From NCBI GenBank assembly GCA_977017575.1, contig CDRNVI010000030.1, positions 1 through 64,000 on the forward strand: a stretch of DNA of 64,000 bases. The letters run 5' to 3'. The position numbers were made by a program, and so were the translations under genes. Each line of letters starts with the position of its first letter. The stretch's first letter is position 1. The notes under the pieces were generated by a model. It was not told the DNA's origin. It did not search any database and worked only from the letters and a program-made list of their open reading frames with translations. The stretch comes from Paramoeba atlantica. Its lineage: Eukaryota > Protista > Discosea. This document shows, piece after piece, positions 45,301-56,062 of this stretch.

Positions 45301-46125
45301 TCAGGGATCTTGGAAGCGAATGCCCGTGTTTCGTATATCGATGAAGGCTCGAATATTTGGAGAAGTCTTTATCTCTCCATAAAGATCTTTGTTATTATAT
45401 AAGGACAGTTTTCGCAAGTTTTCAGAAAGACAGTCAAAAAGAACTAAACCAGATAATGAATTTTGTTGACACTCCAAAGAAGTCAGTAATGCAGGCAAAT
45501 GTTGCAACGAAAGCGGTCCCGTGAATCTGTTGCTGGATAGATCGAGATTTCGTAAGTTCGTCGGCAAATGAGAAAGATCGACGGCACCGGAAAGTTGGTT
45601 GTTTCGCAAATATAAATATTCTAACCCACAAGGCAGAAGCGTCAGATCTACACTTCCGTCGAATTTATTGTCATTCAACCAAAGAGTACATAGTATTCTA
45701 GGTAGATCGCTTAAGTTTAACTCACCGATAAATATGTTGCGTTCTAAGTTGAAGTATGTGAGTCGCGGTGGCAACGCAACAAGGAAAACGGGTCCTGTAA
45801 GCCTGCAAAAAGAAGAGTCAAAACGAAAGACCGACTCGGGCAAATAATCCCACTGCAATGTACCTTGAAGTTTCATCCAGGTCCATATAATTTTCGTTGC
45901 TTGTTGGGATGCATCACATGTCACGCCTCGCCACTTACACACGGATAGGCGCTTGACACGTCCGAATGCGTTCTTCTTCGTCGTACGCCAAGACTTATCG
46001 CGTATTGTTAGATTCGAAATAAAGCGTTCAAGCCTATCTTCTTGGGGTAGTAACATTGAGGTAACCTTACCCCGATGTACATCAGACCCATCATCGATGC
46101 AGTCATTGCGATACATTTTATACAT
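45301..46125 (-). CDS. LRR protein 12 (274 aa), subfamily B
   Basis: IDDGSDVHRGKVTSMLLPQE, KSWRTTKKNAFGRVKRLSVCKWRGVTCD; close paralog of LRR2. Confidence 0.9.
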   Translation of the reverse strand: MYKMYRNDCIDDGSDVHRGKVTSMLLPQEDRLERFISNLTIRDKSWRTTKKNAFGRVKRLSVCKWRGVTCDASQQATKIIWTWMKLQGTLQWDYLPESVFRFDSSFCRLTGPVFLVALPPRLTYFNLERNIFIGELNLSDLPRILCTLWLNDNKFDGSVDLTLLPCGLEYLYLRNNQLSGAVDLSHLPTNLRNLDLSSNRFTGPLSLQHLPALLTSLECQQNSLSGLVLFDCLSENLRKLSLYNNKDLYGEIKTSPNIRAFIDIRNTGIRFQDP

Positions 46126-46431
46126 GCTTGAAGTTAATGTTGCATTAGGTTAAGGTTGGATTATTAAATTTTAAGCTAATGTTGTGTTACTCTATTGTGA
46201 AATTTATAAACGACAAATTTATAAGAGTGTAAAATTTTCTAGCCTCACAGAATCTTCGCGCTTTCGCGGAAGGGGGATTTTATTCGTGTCTTACGACAAG
46301 AGTAAAATCTGGTTAAAGGAAATTTCTGAGTGTTTATAAATAAACTTATATCATACCCTGTATGTGGCCTGGACTGCATTTCTAACTAATTATCGCTTTA
46401 TGAAATATTACACTGTATTTTCAATGTAGAT

Positions 46432-47238
46432 CTATTTATATTCGACAATCCCTGTCCCTTCGATGTTGAACCGGGCTCCGGTACGTGCGCTACGAAACTG
46501 TATCTTGTATACCGTACTGAAGAAGAAGGACTTTTCTTCGGTACGCATTTTCTCCGGCATGCGTGAAGCTCGATAAAAACCACGCAAATTTGGATTGCGC
46601 GAAAGCTCCAGTGAAAACAGATTGCGCGGCAGGTGATCTAAGTCCACTACGCCATGAAATTGATTCATCATGAAGTCCATGTCCTTCAATGAGCTTGGGA
46701 GTTGAGTGAAATTCAACTCACCCGTTAAGCTATTCACCCCGACGGACAAGGTCTTTAGCGTCGCTGGCAAGTGGCTGAGATCAATCGGACCTTCAAATTT
46801 ATTCTGATGCAACGACAAATTTTCTAACGTGGTAGGCAGATCACATAGATTTATGGCTCCCGTAAATTTGTTTTGGTAAAGACTCATAGAAAGAAATCCC
46901 TGAGGCAAATGTTCCGTAGGAGATTCGCCCCACAATTCCAGCGTAAGTGATCTGAAATAAAGCAACGTACTTGGCAACTTCCAGCAAATTTTTCCACGCA
47001 AGAAGGTGAAATCCAATGCTACATACTGAAAGCCTATTTGGCTGACATCTCCACCCTCCGTACATGTGACCCCTTTCCATTTGCACGCGTGTACTGTAGT
47101 GTTCCACGATGGGTGCGGATTCTCCACGTCCTTCACCAATTCAGCAAGTATGTACTCCTGCGGGAGTGGGGCCCTAGCCTTGCCCAGTCGTGCTGACTTT
47201 GTGTCAGGATCTGCCGTGGCAGCTGGCAGTGGACGCAT
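46432..47238 (-). CDS. LRR protein 13 (268 aa)
   Basis: ARLGKARAPLPQEY, SWNTTVHACKWKGVTC, 23-aa repeats. Confidence 0.88.
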   Translation of the reverse strand: MRPLPAATADPDTKSARLGKARAPLPQEYILAELVKDVENPHPSWNTTVHACKWKGVTCTEGGDVSQIGFQYVALDFTFLRGKICWKLPSTLLYFRSLTLELWGESPTEHLPQGFLSMSLYQNKFTGAINLCDLPTTLENLSLHQNKFEGPIDLSHLPATLKTLSVGVNSLTGELNFTQLPSSLKDMDFMMNQFHGVVDLDHLPRNLFSLELSRNPNLRGFYRASRMPEKMRTEEKSFFFSTVYKIQFRSARTGARFNIEGTGIVEYK

Positions 47239-47468
47239 TTAGTCTAGAACGAAAAAAGCATAAAACGGAATTTGTTTGTATATAACTTATACATCATAGC
47301 AAAAAAAATAAACGAAAAAATATAAGTACAGTGACCCCTTTTAATACGGACAGATGTTTTTCGCGGATTCGGAACGACTGAGTCGAAAAACGAAAATTTC
47401 GTAGGGTTCTTAGTAAGGGGAAGACGACTTACCAACTTATCATCTACTAACTTAACATGCATGTAGGC

Positions 47469-47625
47469 ACAGTGGTTTCAGTTGATCTTGCCCCCCCCCC
47501 CCACCCCAAGAAAATTTGATTTTTTTTATCCGTTTTTGCTTATTTTTGCAGCATTGGAGAGATCTCGTTTTCGTAGCGAAGCGATTTGCCGCCTTATTAT
47601 TCATAGGGACCCCCTAGTGTTCATA
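47469..47625. repeat. CAGTGGTTTCAGTTGATC-terminus element arm, copy 1
   Basis: ~150 bp shared with 62646-62800; both copies lie upstream of an LRR gene. Confidence 0.7.
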
Positions 47626-48675
47626 CGACGGCTAGAAAATCGACCAAAAACAAGATTTTAGAGCACTCAAATTTTGAAGATTACGTGGGAAAATGCAGAA
47701 AACGCGGATCAGTACGTACAATTAGGTGATTTAAACTTTGTAGATTAGTACCCAGAAAGTCCGCCTTCGTTTTCTAGCGAATCCTCGGTGCGGGGTACAT
47801 CAACACGAAGGCCTCCTGCGAGCCATGAATGACTCCCCATTTAATAACTAATAAGCGCACGGTGAGTGCCCCTGCCGGCTCCCCTATTCCGCATTCGGAA
47901 AATGAAAGTACCCGACTGTCCGTCCGGGCGTGAGCATGCAAGTTCGGTTCCCTATTAGTGTCTCATCGGTTTCAACAACATGGGGTCACAGTAACACCAG
48001 AAAAATTAGAAAAGATAATGTTGAACGACTCGGAAGATCAAGCCAACAAAAAAAATGTCAATTGCTTGGCGGCTCACGCGCGATCCCTTTCTTAAGTGAA
48101 TCGGGAAAACCAGACAGCATCATCTTCTTCAGCTTCATCTTCTTCCATCTGCATAGACTTCTGGTGATATGAAACGTTAAGAATACATATGAGGTTTATT
48201 CCTTCTGAAGTGCATAGGAAGAGATAAAAAGGATCACAAAAAAGATCAAGACACAGTGGGATTAAAAGAATGCGTCGTTCGCTTTGACAAACCCAATGAT
48301 TTACGTATTAGATACGTAGAGTGCAGTTGTTTTTTTTGTGGGCTTTCTTTTCACGTCGCATAAGCAGATACAACGCCAGTCGTCAATATCTGATGCGCAC
48401 AGAGATCGTCTGCGTCATACAGAGACTCAAGAAGTTCTACCTCGTGTTCTCTGAGTAAATCATCTTTAAAACACTGGGCGTATTGTTGAATGTCTTCAGG
48501 TTCCGAATGAATAGGAGCATCGGGTAGACTGGTAGAACTTCCGACAGGAACCGTTTCACACAGAAGATAATGTTTCGGCGAAATGATGCTAGAAGTCTTT
48601 TTCGTTTCGCTCAAAATCAAATTTTGAGTTCAATAAAGAGAGAAATAACAGATTTTGTATAGAACAGGGGTATCG

Positions 48676-49299
48676 TTAATTCTCTTTAATTCCTGTCTGG
48701 TTGAGACGTAGAGACAACACGTGATGCCTTTCACTCAACATATTGTGATCTAACTCTCCAACGAGTGCCGTATTCCACTGTAAGCCTAACTCTTGAAGGC
48801 TTGCGGGGAGAGCGTCAAAGTGTACCTCTCCACTAAACTGATTGTAATCGAGTCGCAGAACCCGTAGCCCACAAGGCAAGAAGCGGAGCTCCACTGGACC
48901 ACTAAGCGCGTTGCAATGAACATGAAACCGTGTGAGTTTGGATGGTAAATTCTCCAAAGGAAGATGACCAGTGAGCTCGTTCTCCGGGACGACAACACTG
49001 TTTATGGGAAGTGTAGCCAAATATTCCCAGCATAATGAGCCGCGCAAGCCATAGTCTGCCCAATCGATATCATACGTTCCTTGCGCAAAGAATATACCTG
49101 CCCACTCAGCCGCGGGCGTGTGCGTGTGCCACGAAGCATCTGGACGCTCGACGTTTTGTATGAATTTTTCAAAGTCATATTCCACCGGAAGAGAAGTACC
49201 CCGTACCTTCTTCGGGGGCGCTTCCTTTGTAGCGGTTGGAGTGTCACAGGTTTTAATATGAACCTGGGGGGATAGACGTGAGGGAATATACATACACAT
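48676..49299 (-). CDS. LRR protein 14 (207 aa), cap cysteines absent
   Basis: PPKKVRGTSLPVEY; cap reads SWHTHTPAAEWAGIFF; about four repeats. Confidence 0.85.
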   Translation of the reverse strand: MCMYIPSRLSPQVHIKTCDTPTATKEAPPKKVRGTSLPVEYDFEKFIQNVERPDASWHTHTPAAEWAGIFFAQGTYDIDWADYGLRGSLCWEYLATLPINSVVVPENELTGHLPLENLPSKLTRFHVHCNALSGPVELRFLPCGLRVLRLDYNQFSGEVHFDALPASLQELGLQWNTALVGELDHNMLSERHHVLSLRLNQTGIKEN

Positions 49300-49561
49300 G
49301 TTATTTTAAAACACAACAGTCTCAAGTCTTGAAAGTTTTATTTGAGGAATAAAATTACAGAATCCTTCAAAACATTTATGAAATTCCATAGAACTGAGAT
49401 AGAAATTTATGCGCGGCAAAATCTGGAAGCAAAAGAAACCAATAAGACCAGAATATTTACCGAAAAAAAAGTTATGAAACGTCAGATGAAATGTTAGTGT
49501 CATCAACAGTATAAATAAAGCGTCATTTACAACAATTTGCATGAAAACCACGCAGTGCCGC

Positions 49562-50251
49562 TCAACGTCCAGGGAGAGCTTGAGTTCCAAATTCTACATT
49601 GTTGGGCACAGTCCGCTGAACGTTAAAGAAGTTATGTTCCAGATTTATATTCTGCACATTTTCGGAGACGTGTGTCAAGTCCAAGCTACCAGACAGATTG
49701 TTGCCTCCCAGATAGAGACATTTTAGATGCGCAGGAAGACGCGTGAGATCAATTGTCCCTTCAAATTGATTGTTACGTAAATCCAAGATTTCCAATGCAG
49801 AGGGTAGATGTATCAGATCTAATTGCCCACTGCATTCATTGGTACGAATGTTAAACTTTGTTAAACAATTGGGTAGTACGGAAAGCGGCACAGGGCCTGA
49901 TAAGTCCTGCACGTATGCTGTAAAGAGAATTAGCGTATGCGGGATGTACTCCCACAGTAGTGGACCATCCAAAATGGGAAATTCCGAACCACCTTCATCT
50001 GTCTCATCTTCAAACAGTTTATTATCCCAGCCCAGTGAAGTTACTTGCTTTTCCGCATTACACAACACATATCGCCACTCACATGCGGGAGTAGCCTCTG
50101 TCCACGATTCCTCTAGGGACGCAAGATTACTCACAAAGCGAGACAATGTGTATTCCTGTGGTAAGACAGCGCCTCGCACTTTACTTGGTCGAGATAAAAT
50201 ATCTGCATTCGTAAGTAAAATTGCACGCATCGTATTGAAAGGATGAACCAT
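49562..50251 (-). CDS. LRR protein 15 (229 aa), subfamily A
   Basis: ADILSRPSKVRGAVLPQEY, EESWTEATPACEWRYVLCN, 23-aa repeats. Confidence 0.9.
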   Translation of the reverse strand: MVHPFNTMRAILLTNADILSRPSKVRGAVLPQEYTLSRFVSNLASLEESWTEATPACEWRYVLCNAEKQVTSLGWDNKLFEDETDEGGSEFPILDGPLLWEYIPHTLILFTAYVQDLSGPVPLSVLPNCLTKFNIRTNECSGQLDLIHLPSALEILDLRNNQFEGTIDLTRLPAHLKCLYLGGNNLSGSLDLTHVSENVQNINLEHNFFNVQRTVPNNVEFGTQALPGR

Positions 50252-51818
50252 GAAGGTGTGAAAGGAGTAGAGATTTACTCTTTTTTTGAAATTTAACTTG
50301 CGCTTTTTTAGGAGCCACTATTAGGTAGGTGAGAAAAATGTCGATGAATTCAGTTTTGAGAGAACGAATGATTTAGAGACTCACCAAAGACTTGAGTGAC
50401 CAGTAAATGTGAAGAAAGAACAAAAATCGAAAGCCTTCTGTGAACCCCCATTTAATACTTTACAATCCAATGGGGTAACTCAGTAAGAGTAAAATTGTAC
50501 ACTTCTGTTCTTGCGATTTTGAAACTCTTCCATGAAAGTGAAAGGTACAGTTTTTGTACTGCGTATGTACTCTCCCGCATGAGCTGGACATCGGTTGTCG
50601 GATAGAGTAGAAAAAGCGGTCGGTAAACATAAGTTTTGGTGGTACAAAAAATACTTTTCAAAGAATTTTAGAATCGAAATAAACATTTTGTCAGGTCTAA
50701 GATGTTGACCTTCTAAGAGGTTTGTTCTCTAAGATTACGCTTGTAATTATTCAAAATAAATTGATAGGTCCCTAGGGAATGGTTGCATTATTTTAGAGAC
50801 GGGTTATGTGTAAAAATGATGTGTCGTAAGAAAACTTTGCGGAGATAGATGCATTTCATAAATCAGTCCATGCAAAGCCTCGAAAAGTTGTTTCATGTAA
50901 CTGTTCAAACTTCTAATTAAAATATCATCATGCAGAGGAAGAATATTTTACAAACCCGAACGTGTATTTTACAATACGCTGATCTTACAATTAGGAAACT
51001 CTAGACGTAGTTTTCTCGAATGTTCTGTGTCGAAGATCGTGTGGGGACAAAGAAGGGAAAGTACTTTAAAAAACCACGTGAAGAGTACAGGGGTCATTTG
51101 ACGAAAAAACCAAAAAGGCGGAGACGTACACTTGTATGTTGTTTCTTGAATCGACACTGGAGGAGAACCCTCTGTCATCCTGGATTAGAGCAATTACCCA
51201 ATGAAATGAACACTAAATCTTTATTTACTTTATTTTTCAATACAGTTTCTATACCTTGTTGTACTTTTTCCCTAGCTCATCTTTCCCTTTCCCAGAAGCG
51301 GGCATGCTCTTAACCTTATATGTACTTTTATGTATGTCCGTTTTCGGATGGCGCTAGGGCCGGAAACTCCTCTTTCTGTTGAATAGGGACCGCCGCTTCG
51401 CAGACTCGTGCAGCGCGTCAGACGCGCTGAATGCCCCTGCTGGATGATCGCAGGGGAGAGCCTCTCCACGACTTTGTGTAGCCCAAAGGCTTCTTGCAGA
51501 TTCTCAACGACGCCCCCCCCCAGTGGAAGTCCAGTGCCTCCTTCACCCCCTCCCATGCGCTGCAGGACCTCCCTTGAGGACCACGCTGCGTGGTCCTCAA
51601 TCCCTACGTACGACAGGCGTTGACTGCGCCGTAATGGCCGTTGATACCGGTCGTCGTACACGACGTATCGTCGTACGACAGGCACCCACCCTGCAGGTTT
51701 TGCCCTGCATGAAATATAACTTCCATTACGCATACATTTTGAATGAAAATGTGTGAAAGTATGGTTTTTGCAGCCTACAATCATGCCGTGGCCCACAGTT
51801 TACAGTGTAGGTGAAAAC

Positions 51819-52017
51819 ACTTCCTTTCGTGGGCATCGGTTTCCTTTAACCCCACAATTCCGGTCCAAAGCCCGGGGCCACATTTCTTCTCAGAGAAATG
51901 TGGAAAGGTGATGGAAGGATGGGTACATACGCCTGGATAAAGGGGGAGCGGGTAGTACATCCGACCTTAGCTTTGCACCGTCGGGGTTAAAGGAGACCGA
52001 TGCCCATGAAAGGAAGT
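51819..52017. other. 199-bp rod-like foldback (MITE or structured RNA)
   Basis: 35-bp near-perfect inverted ends, an inner CGGT.CAAAGC/GCTTTG.ACCG helix and two internal hairpins. Confidence 0.5.
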
Positions 52018-52595
52018 AATGCATGACTACTCATTGGGAACGTTATGCGCACTTCGCAGACCGAGGTCGGATGCTCCCCGATGCTCGACGAGGACCATCC
52101 TGACAGCCTGATTTTCTAGTTTCTTTCTATTTGATAATACTATTAACGTCTTCCTACTTGCCGCAGTAAGTCCAACGAGTATATGAGTACAATGTAACAT
52201 GAGTATACTACATGAGTACACATTGTTCGAGTGCAGTGAGTATACATCCTCCCTTATGAGTGCCTTTAGTTCCTACACTATGTTACGCAGCCCTCCTGGT
52301 ACCCTGATTGAGAATACAGTGTCAGTATATCTTGTTGTACAATGCGCGTGGCGCGCCCCCCGGCCCGCTTTTAAAAGTCTTGTGAAAGGTGGGGGCGCTA
52401 GCTACGCGCCAGTGCATCAAACGGTCTTCTTACGGACACACAGGCTCGAAATGAACTCTTAAAAGAGTTGAACGTGACGAACATGCGCTCCCAGGCCCGG
52501 ATGATGGTCTCCAGGATGGTCGTGATGATGATATCATATCTTTTAAGATAGAGTATTTTTAGGAGCATAGCAAAAAAAATAAAATTTCCTTTTTA

Positions 52596-52690
52596 GTGGC
52601 TTCGCTAAACGCGGTGGTTGTTTTCAACTTAGAAGTCACTCATGCTGCGCGCTTCGCGTTGAAAACTACCTCCGCGTTTAACGAAGCCAC
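52596..52690. mobile_element. 95-bp-core foldback element, copy 3
   Basis: TA|GTGGCTTCGCTAAACGCGGTGG ... CTCCGCGTTTAACGAAGCCAC|TA. Confidence 0.8.
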
Positions 52691-53078
52691 TAAAAAATAA
52701 AAATCGTGAAAAAATCATGAACAACCTATTTTTGGGGGTAAAAGGGCTCGATGTTTCGGCGAGAATTGCGAAATTTTAACCCAAATTTCATATCCCTGTC
52801 GGGTAAATGGGTAATTACCTACATTGCGGTAAACGGGGGTAATTTACCCGGGTCATTGACCCATTTACCCGCTTTCACCCTGATTTGCCAACCAACCATA
52901 CGATCCCGTACTACAATGAAGCTCGATGAGTGTGCCAACTTTGCTGAGCAAGTTGTAGCTACAGAAACAGTATCACATTCCATAGAGGGAAAAATCCATC
53001 CTTCATCCGTTTACCCCCTTTTCTATCCCCTAAACCAAATAATTGTTTTATTTGGTCAATTTAAAAAAAAAAAACGAA

Positions 53079-53405
53079 CTCGTGCGAGGCGGAGTGGAAC
53101 AGAATCCGGGACCCGATACCCCGTATTCGGCACGACGATCGTTTCTTCTCCATTCAAGTAATCTCTCCGCAACCACACTTCCTCTCTTCATGCCCACAGA
53201 ATCTCGTGTTCGTCCCGCGGACGGATGCGCTTGGAGTACAACGTCCCATGGAGGGCAGTGAAAGGCCTTCTACAATCACGTCGCCCTCCGACACGATGAC
53301 GCGGTTTGTGAACAGTGGTGGGATGAACAAGATCGCTTCATCTGCAGTTCATGTAGTAAAAATTACGAGGGTAAGGCAGGTCTCACACCTTGAAAAGTGC
53401 AAATT
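53079..53405 (+). pseudogene. 2A-like peptide plus two degenerate zinc fingers; probable 5' remnant of a non-LTR retrotransposon
   Basis: LVRGGVEQNPGP, then in the same frame (R)PADGC..*KAFYNHVALRH and FICSSCSKNYEGKAGL, with HLEKC after a frameshift. Confidence 0.6.
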
Positions 53406-54073
53406 CCGAAATCACGCCTCCCCTCACCCCACTGACCTCTCCTAGTCGCCAAGTTCCTGTTTGCCCTCACGACACTCGCGGACATGCTTAATGGTAATGC
53501 AATTGAAACGCGCAACCCTCTGTAGTGCACATAAAGTGTATTTTTTGTTTAAGGGGGTCTGTGAGAACATCCGCATGTTCGTGTGGACAGTTTGGCGGGC
53601 AATAAGCCGAATTGAAATGCCCAGACAAAGGCTTCGCCGTCATCTTGTGCCGCTCGTTCCGCTTTGATCGCTTTGGGTCCGGGGTCACTCATCTTCAGAG
53701 CTTGATTCAGATGAAGAGAGCGGTTCGGGCGCTTCCGGTATTGCTACACAACAAAGGACCCCCGCTTCAGAGCTCCATTCGTCCTTCCTCCAAGAATTAC
53801 ACCGGATTGTTATTCAGTTTTGCGCTTTCTCGAGCTCAAACGAAAGCGTGGGTCTCGACGTCAGTGAACCCCCCCTCCCACTATCGAACCTCTCTCCGCT
53901 ACCCACACCCAGATGCAGATCTGCGGACGGGTACACTACTAGCACGCATCACTAGCGCAACGTTGGTATTTACTCAATGTTAGCGCACAAAACTAAGAAT
54001 AAACAATCAAAATCGAAAGCGGTTTTACTGACTGCATTAATGTCGGGGATTACAGCATAGTCAACAATAATCA

Positions 54074-55006
54074 TCACTTTGTCGTTACCAAACCCGTTTT
54101 AAAATGATGTTCCTTATCATCGTTTACAATTACATGATCGAACTTGTTCTCGGCATAATTCAAATACTTTAGATTCTTTGGGAGGCTAGACAGATCAAGG
54201 ACTCCAGAAAAATGATTCGTGTCAATTGTCAACCGCTCCAAATTAGAGGGAAGGCGGCTAAGATCGACCGCCCCCGAGAAATTATTTTTATGCAGGTAGA
54301 GCTCAGCTAAGCTCGTGGGGAGATCGTGAAGATCCACTTCACCACTTAATCGGTTGAGAGAAATAACCAACTTTTTAATATTTGCCGGCATCAATGATAA
54401 TGAGATCCCGCCACTGAATCCCGCGTTTGCGGCGTTAAACATACTAATGGACGTTGGCAGCTGCTCTAACGCAAGCTCTCCTTCCAAAGCATTCCCACTT
54501 ATGTCAAAACTTTGCAGATTCACGGGAAGGTCGTGAAGCTCAACTTTCCCGCATAGCACATTATAGTCCAGAGCAATCCGTACAGAGGGATGGGGAAACA
54601 AGGCGGTGGGAATCGGTCCCGAGAGTTGATTTCCGCAACCATAATTAAGTCTCCCCAGCTCTAACGTATGAATGCTGTCGGGTAAATGGCACCAGGAAGG
54701 GTCGCCACGGAGGGCACGCCCGCACCAGGACACAGTAACGACCCTTTTATGCGTATCGCACGTTACCCCACTCCACTCACATGCTTGTACGTGAGCGTTC
54801 CACGTCTTATGTGTTTTGGAAAAGTTCGACACAAACGCAGAGAGCTGAACTTCTTGAGGTAAGAGCGAACGCGTTGCTTTTTGTGGTTTCCGAGAAGAAT
54901 CTGCAAAAAGCGCCACACGCATGGGTAAAACTGATATATCTCTAAGTCGTATCTCCGTTGCAACTGCAAAATAAATGTGCTTCAACAAATATGCTAACAA
55001 GTGCAA
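54074..55006 (-). CDS. LRR protein 16 (up to 310 aa; first ATG at 54922)
   Basis: FADSSRKPQKATRSLLPQEVQL, TWNAHVQACEWSGVTCD, about seven repeats. The track start at 55006 is TTG. Confidence 0.88.
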   Translation of the reverse strand: MHLLAYLLKHIYFAVATEIRLRDISVLPMRVALFADSSRKPQKATRSLLPQEVQLSAFVSNFSKTHKTWNAHVQACEWSGVTCDTHKRVVTVSWCGRALRGDPSWCHLPDSIHTLELGRLNYGCGNQLSGPIPTALFPHPSVRIALDYNVLCGKVELHDLPVNLQSFDISGNALEGELALEQLPTSISMFNAANAGFSGGISLSLMPANIKKLVISLNRLSGEVDLHDLPTSLAELYLHKNNFSGAVDLSRLPSNLERLTIDTNHFSGVLDLSSLPKNLKYLNYAENKFDHVIVNDDKEHHFKTGLVTTK

Positions 55007-55329
55007 GTATACAAGCTGATTTGCTGCAGTAAGCTACAATACATAGGATACGATACTGTAGCACGTAGCACTCCCTACTGAACACCTACTTTTTACCCTT
55101 TTCTGGATTACGAATTAAAATTTAATTATTTTTCGATTTTTTGCTCTGACCTCTAAGGGTGATAGGGACAAAAGTGCGGAAAACGTTTGATTTTTTCAAA
55201 AAAATTGCCCCGTTAAGTTTTGTAACGTTTTTGTGCTCTTTACAAACCTTGAAAAACGACAAATGAATAGATCCTAGTAGAACACTGATCCACTTTATAA
55301 AAAAAAGTAAATACATGAAAAGGTATCGG

Positions 55330-55749
55330 GACGTATCAACCGCCACGGAACCTCGTGATACTGGCAAAACGGGGCGGACCCATTGGAAATTGGTGAATCG
55401 TCGTGATACGCCTACCTTACATGGCTTCATCATTCCCCATCATGCCAGTGCGCGATCCGTGGTAGTGACCGACTATTGGGGGGCTTATAATGGTTTGGAC
55501 CAAGTTTGTTGCCGCTACTCCGTGAATCATAGTAGGGAGTTTGTGAACGAGAAGGGGTACCGTACTAATGGTGCTGAGAGTGTCCACAGCACTATTAAGT
55601 GTTGGGTACGACTCCAACACTATAATTTTGGGGCGACAACGTTGGTTGCAGCGAAACATCGCACTGCGGAGCGTAAAGTATGGGGATACCCACGATGGCA
55701 GCGAACAGTCTCGAGAGAGTCGCTTCGTGAACATCATGAAGTGCATTAA
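55330..55749 (+). pseudogene. Merlin transposase remnant 3 (C-terminal half)
   Basis: VVVTDYWGAYNGL (D2), YSVNHSREFVNEKGYRTNGAES (E). Confidence 0.8.
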
Positions 55750-55869
55750 GGACAACTAAGGATTTCCCACCCACGAAGAATTTGAAGAAGTCAGTTCCGA
55801 TAGTTGCGCATCAGACTACGAGGGATGCCGCCCCTCCTCGAATTTTTTATTAGTTTTTTATTCCTAACT

Positions 55870-56062
55870 AATCCGTACTTGGCTAACCCGTCCTGCGGGT
55901 ACTCGGGGGGGGGTCACCCCCGTGTAAGGGGGTGGAAAATGTGCGCCAAGCCCTCGGCTACCCCCTCTGCGGCTTTCTTTTCGAAAACTAATTTTTTCAA
56001 AAAGAAATTTCGAAAGAAATAATTTCAAAAAGAAATTTCGTGCGGTATGCCCCCCTCCATAG
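55870..56062. repeat. Arm of the long-arm foldback family
   Basis: CCCGTCCTGCGG..GGGGGTGGAAAATGTGCGCCAAG..GCTACCCC..TGCGGTATGCCCCC as at 19270-19420. Confidence 0.75.

Noticed and set aside
51272-51796. 174-aa minus-strand ORF with GHSAR, considered as a tyrosine recombinase
   Set aside because: No R..HxxR..H/W..Y arrangement; the ORF is probably a by-product of high GC.
53488-53688. Minus-strand peptide with CPPNCPH and MCTTEGC, a possible zinc-binding fragment
   Set aside because: Too short and ambiguous to assign; noted only as a caveat to the strand-bias count.
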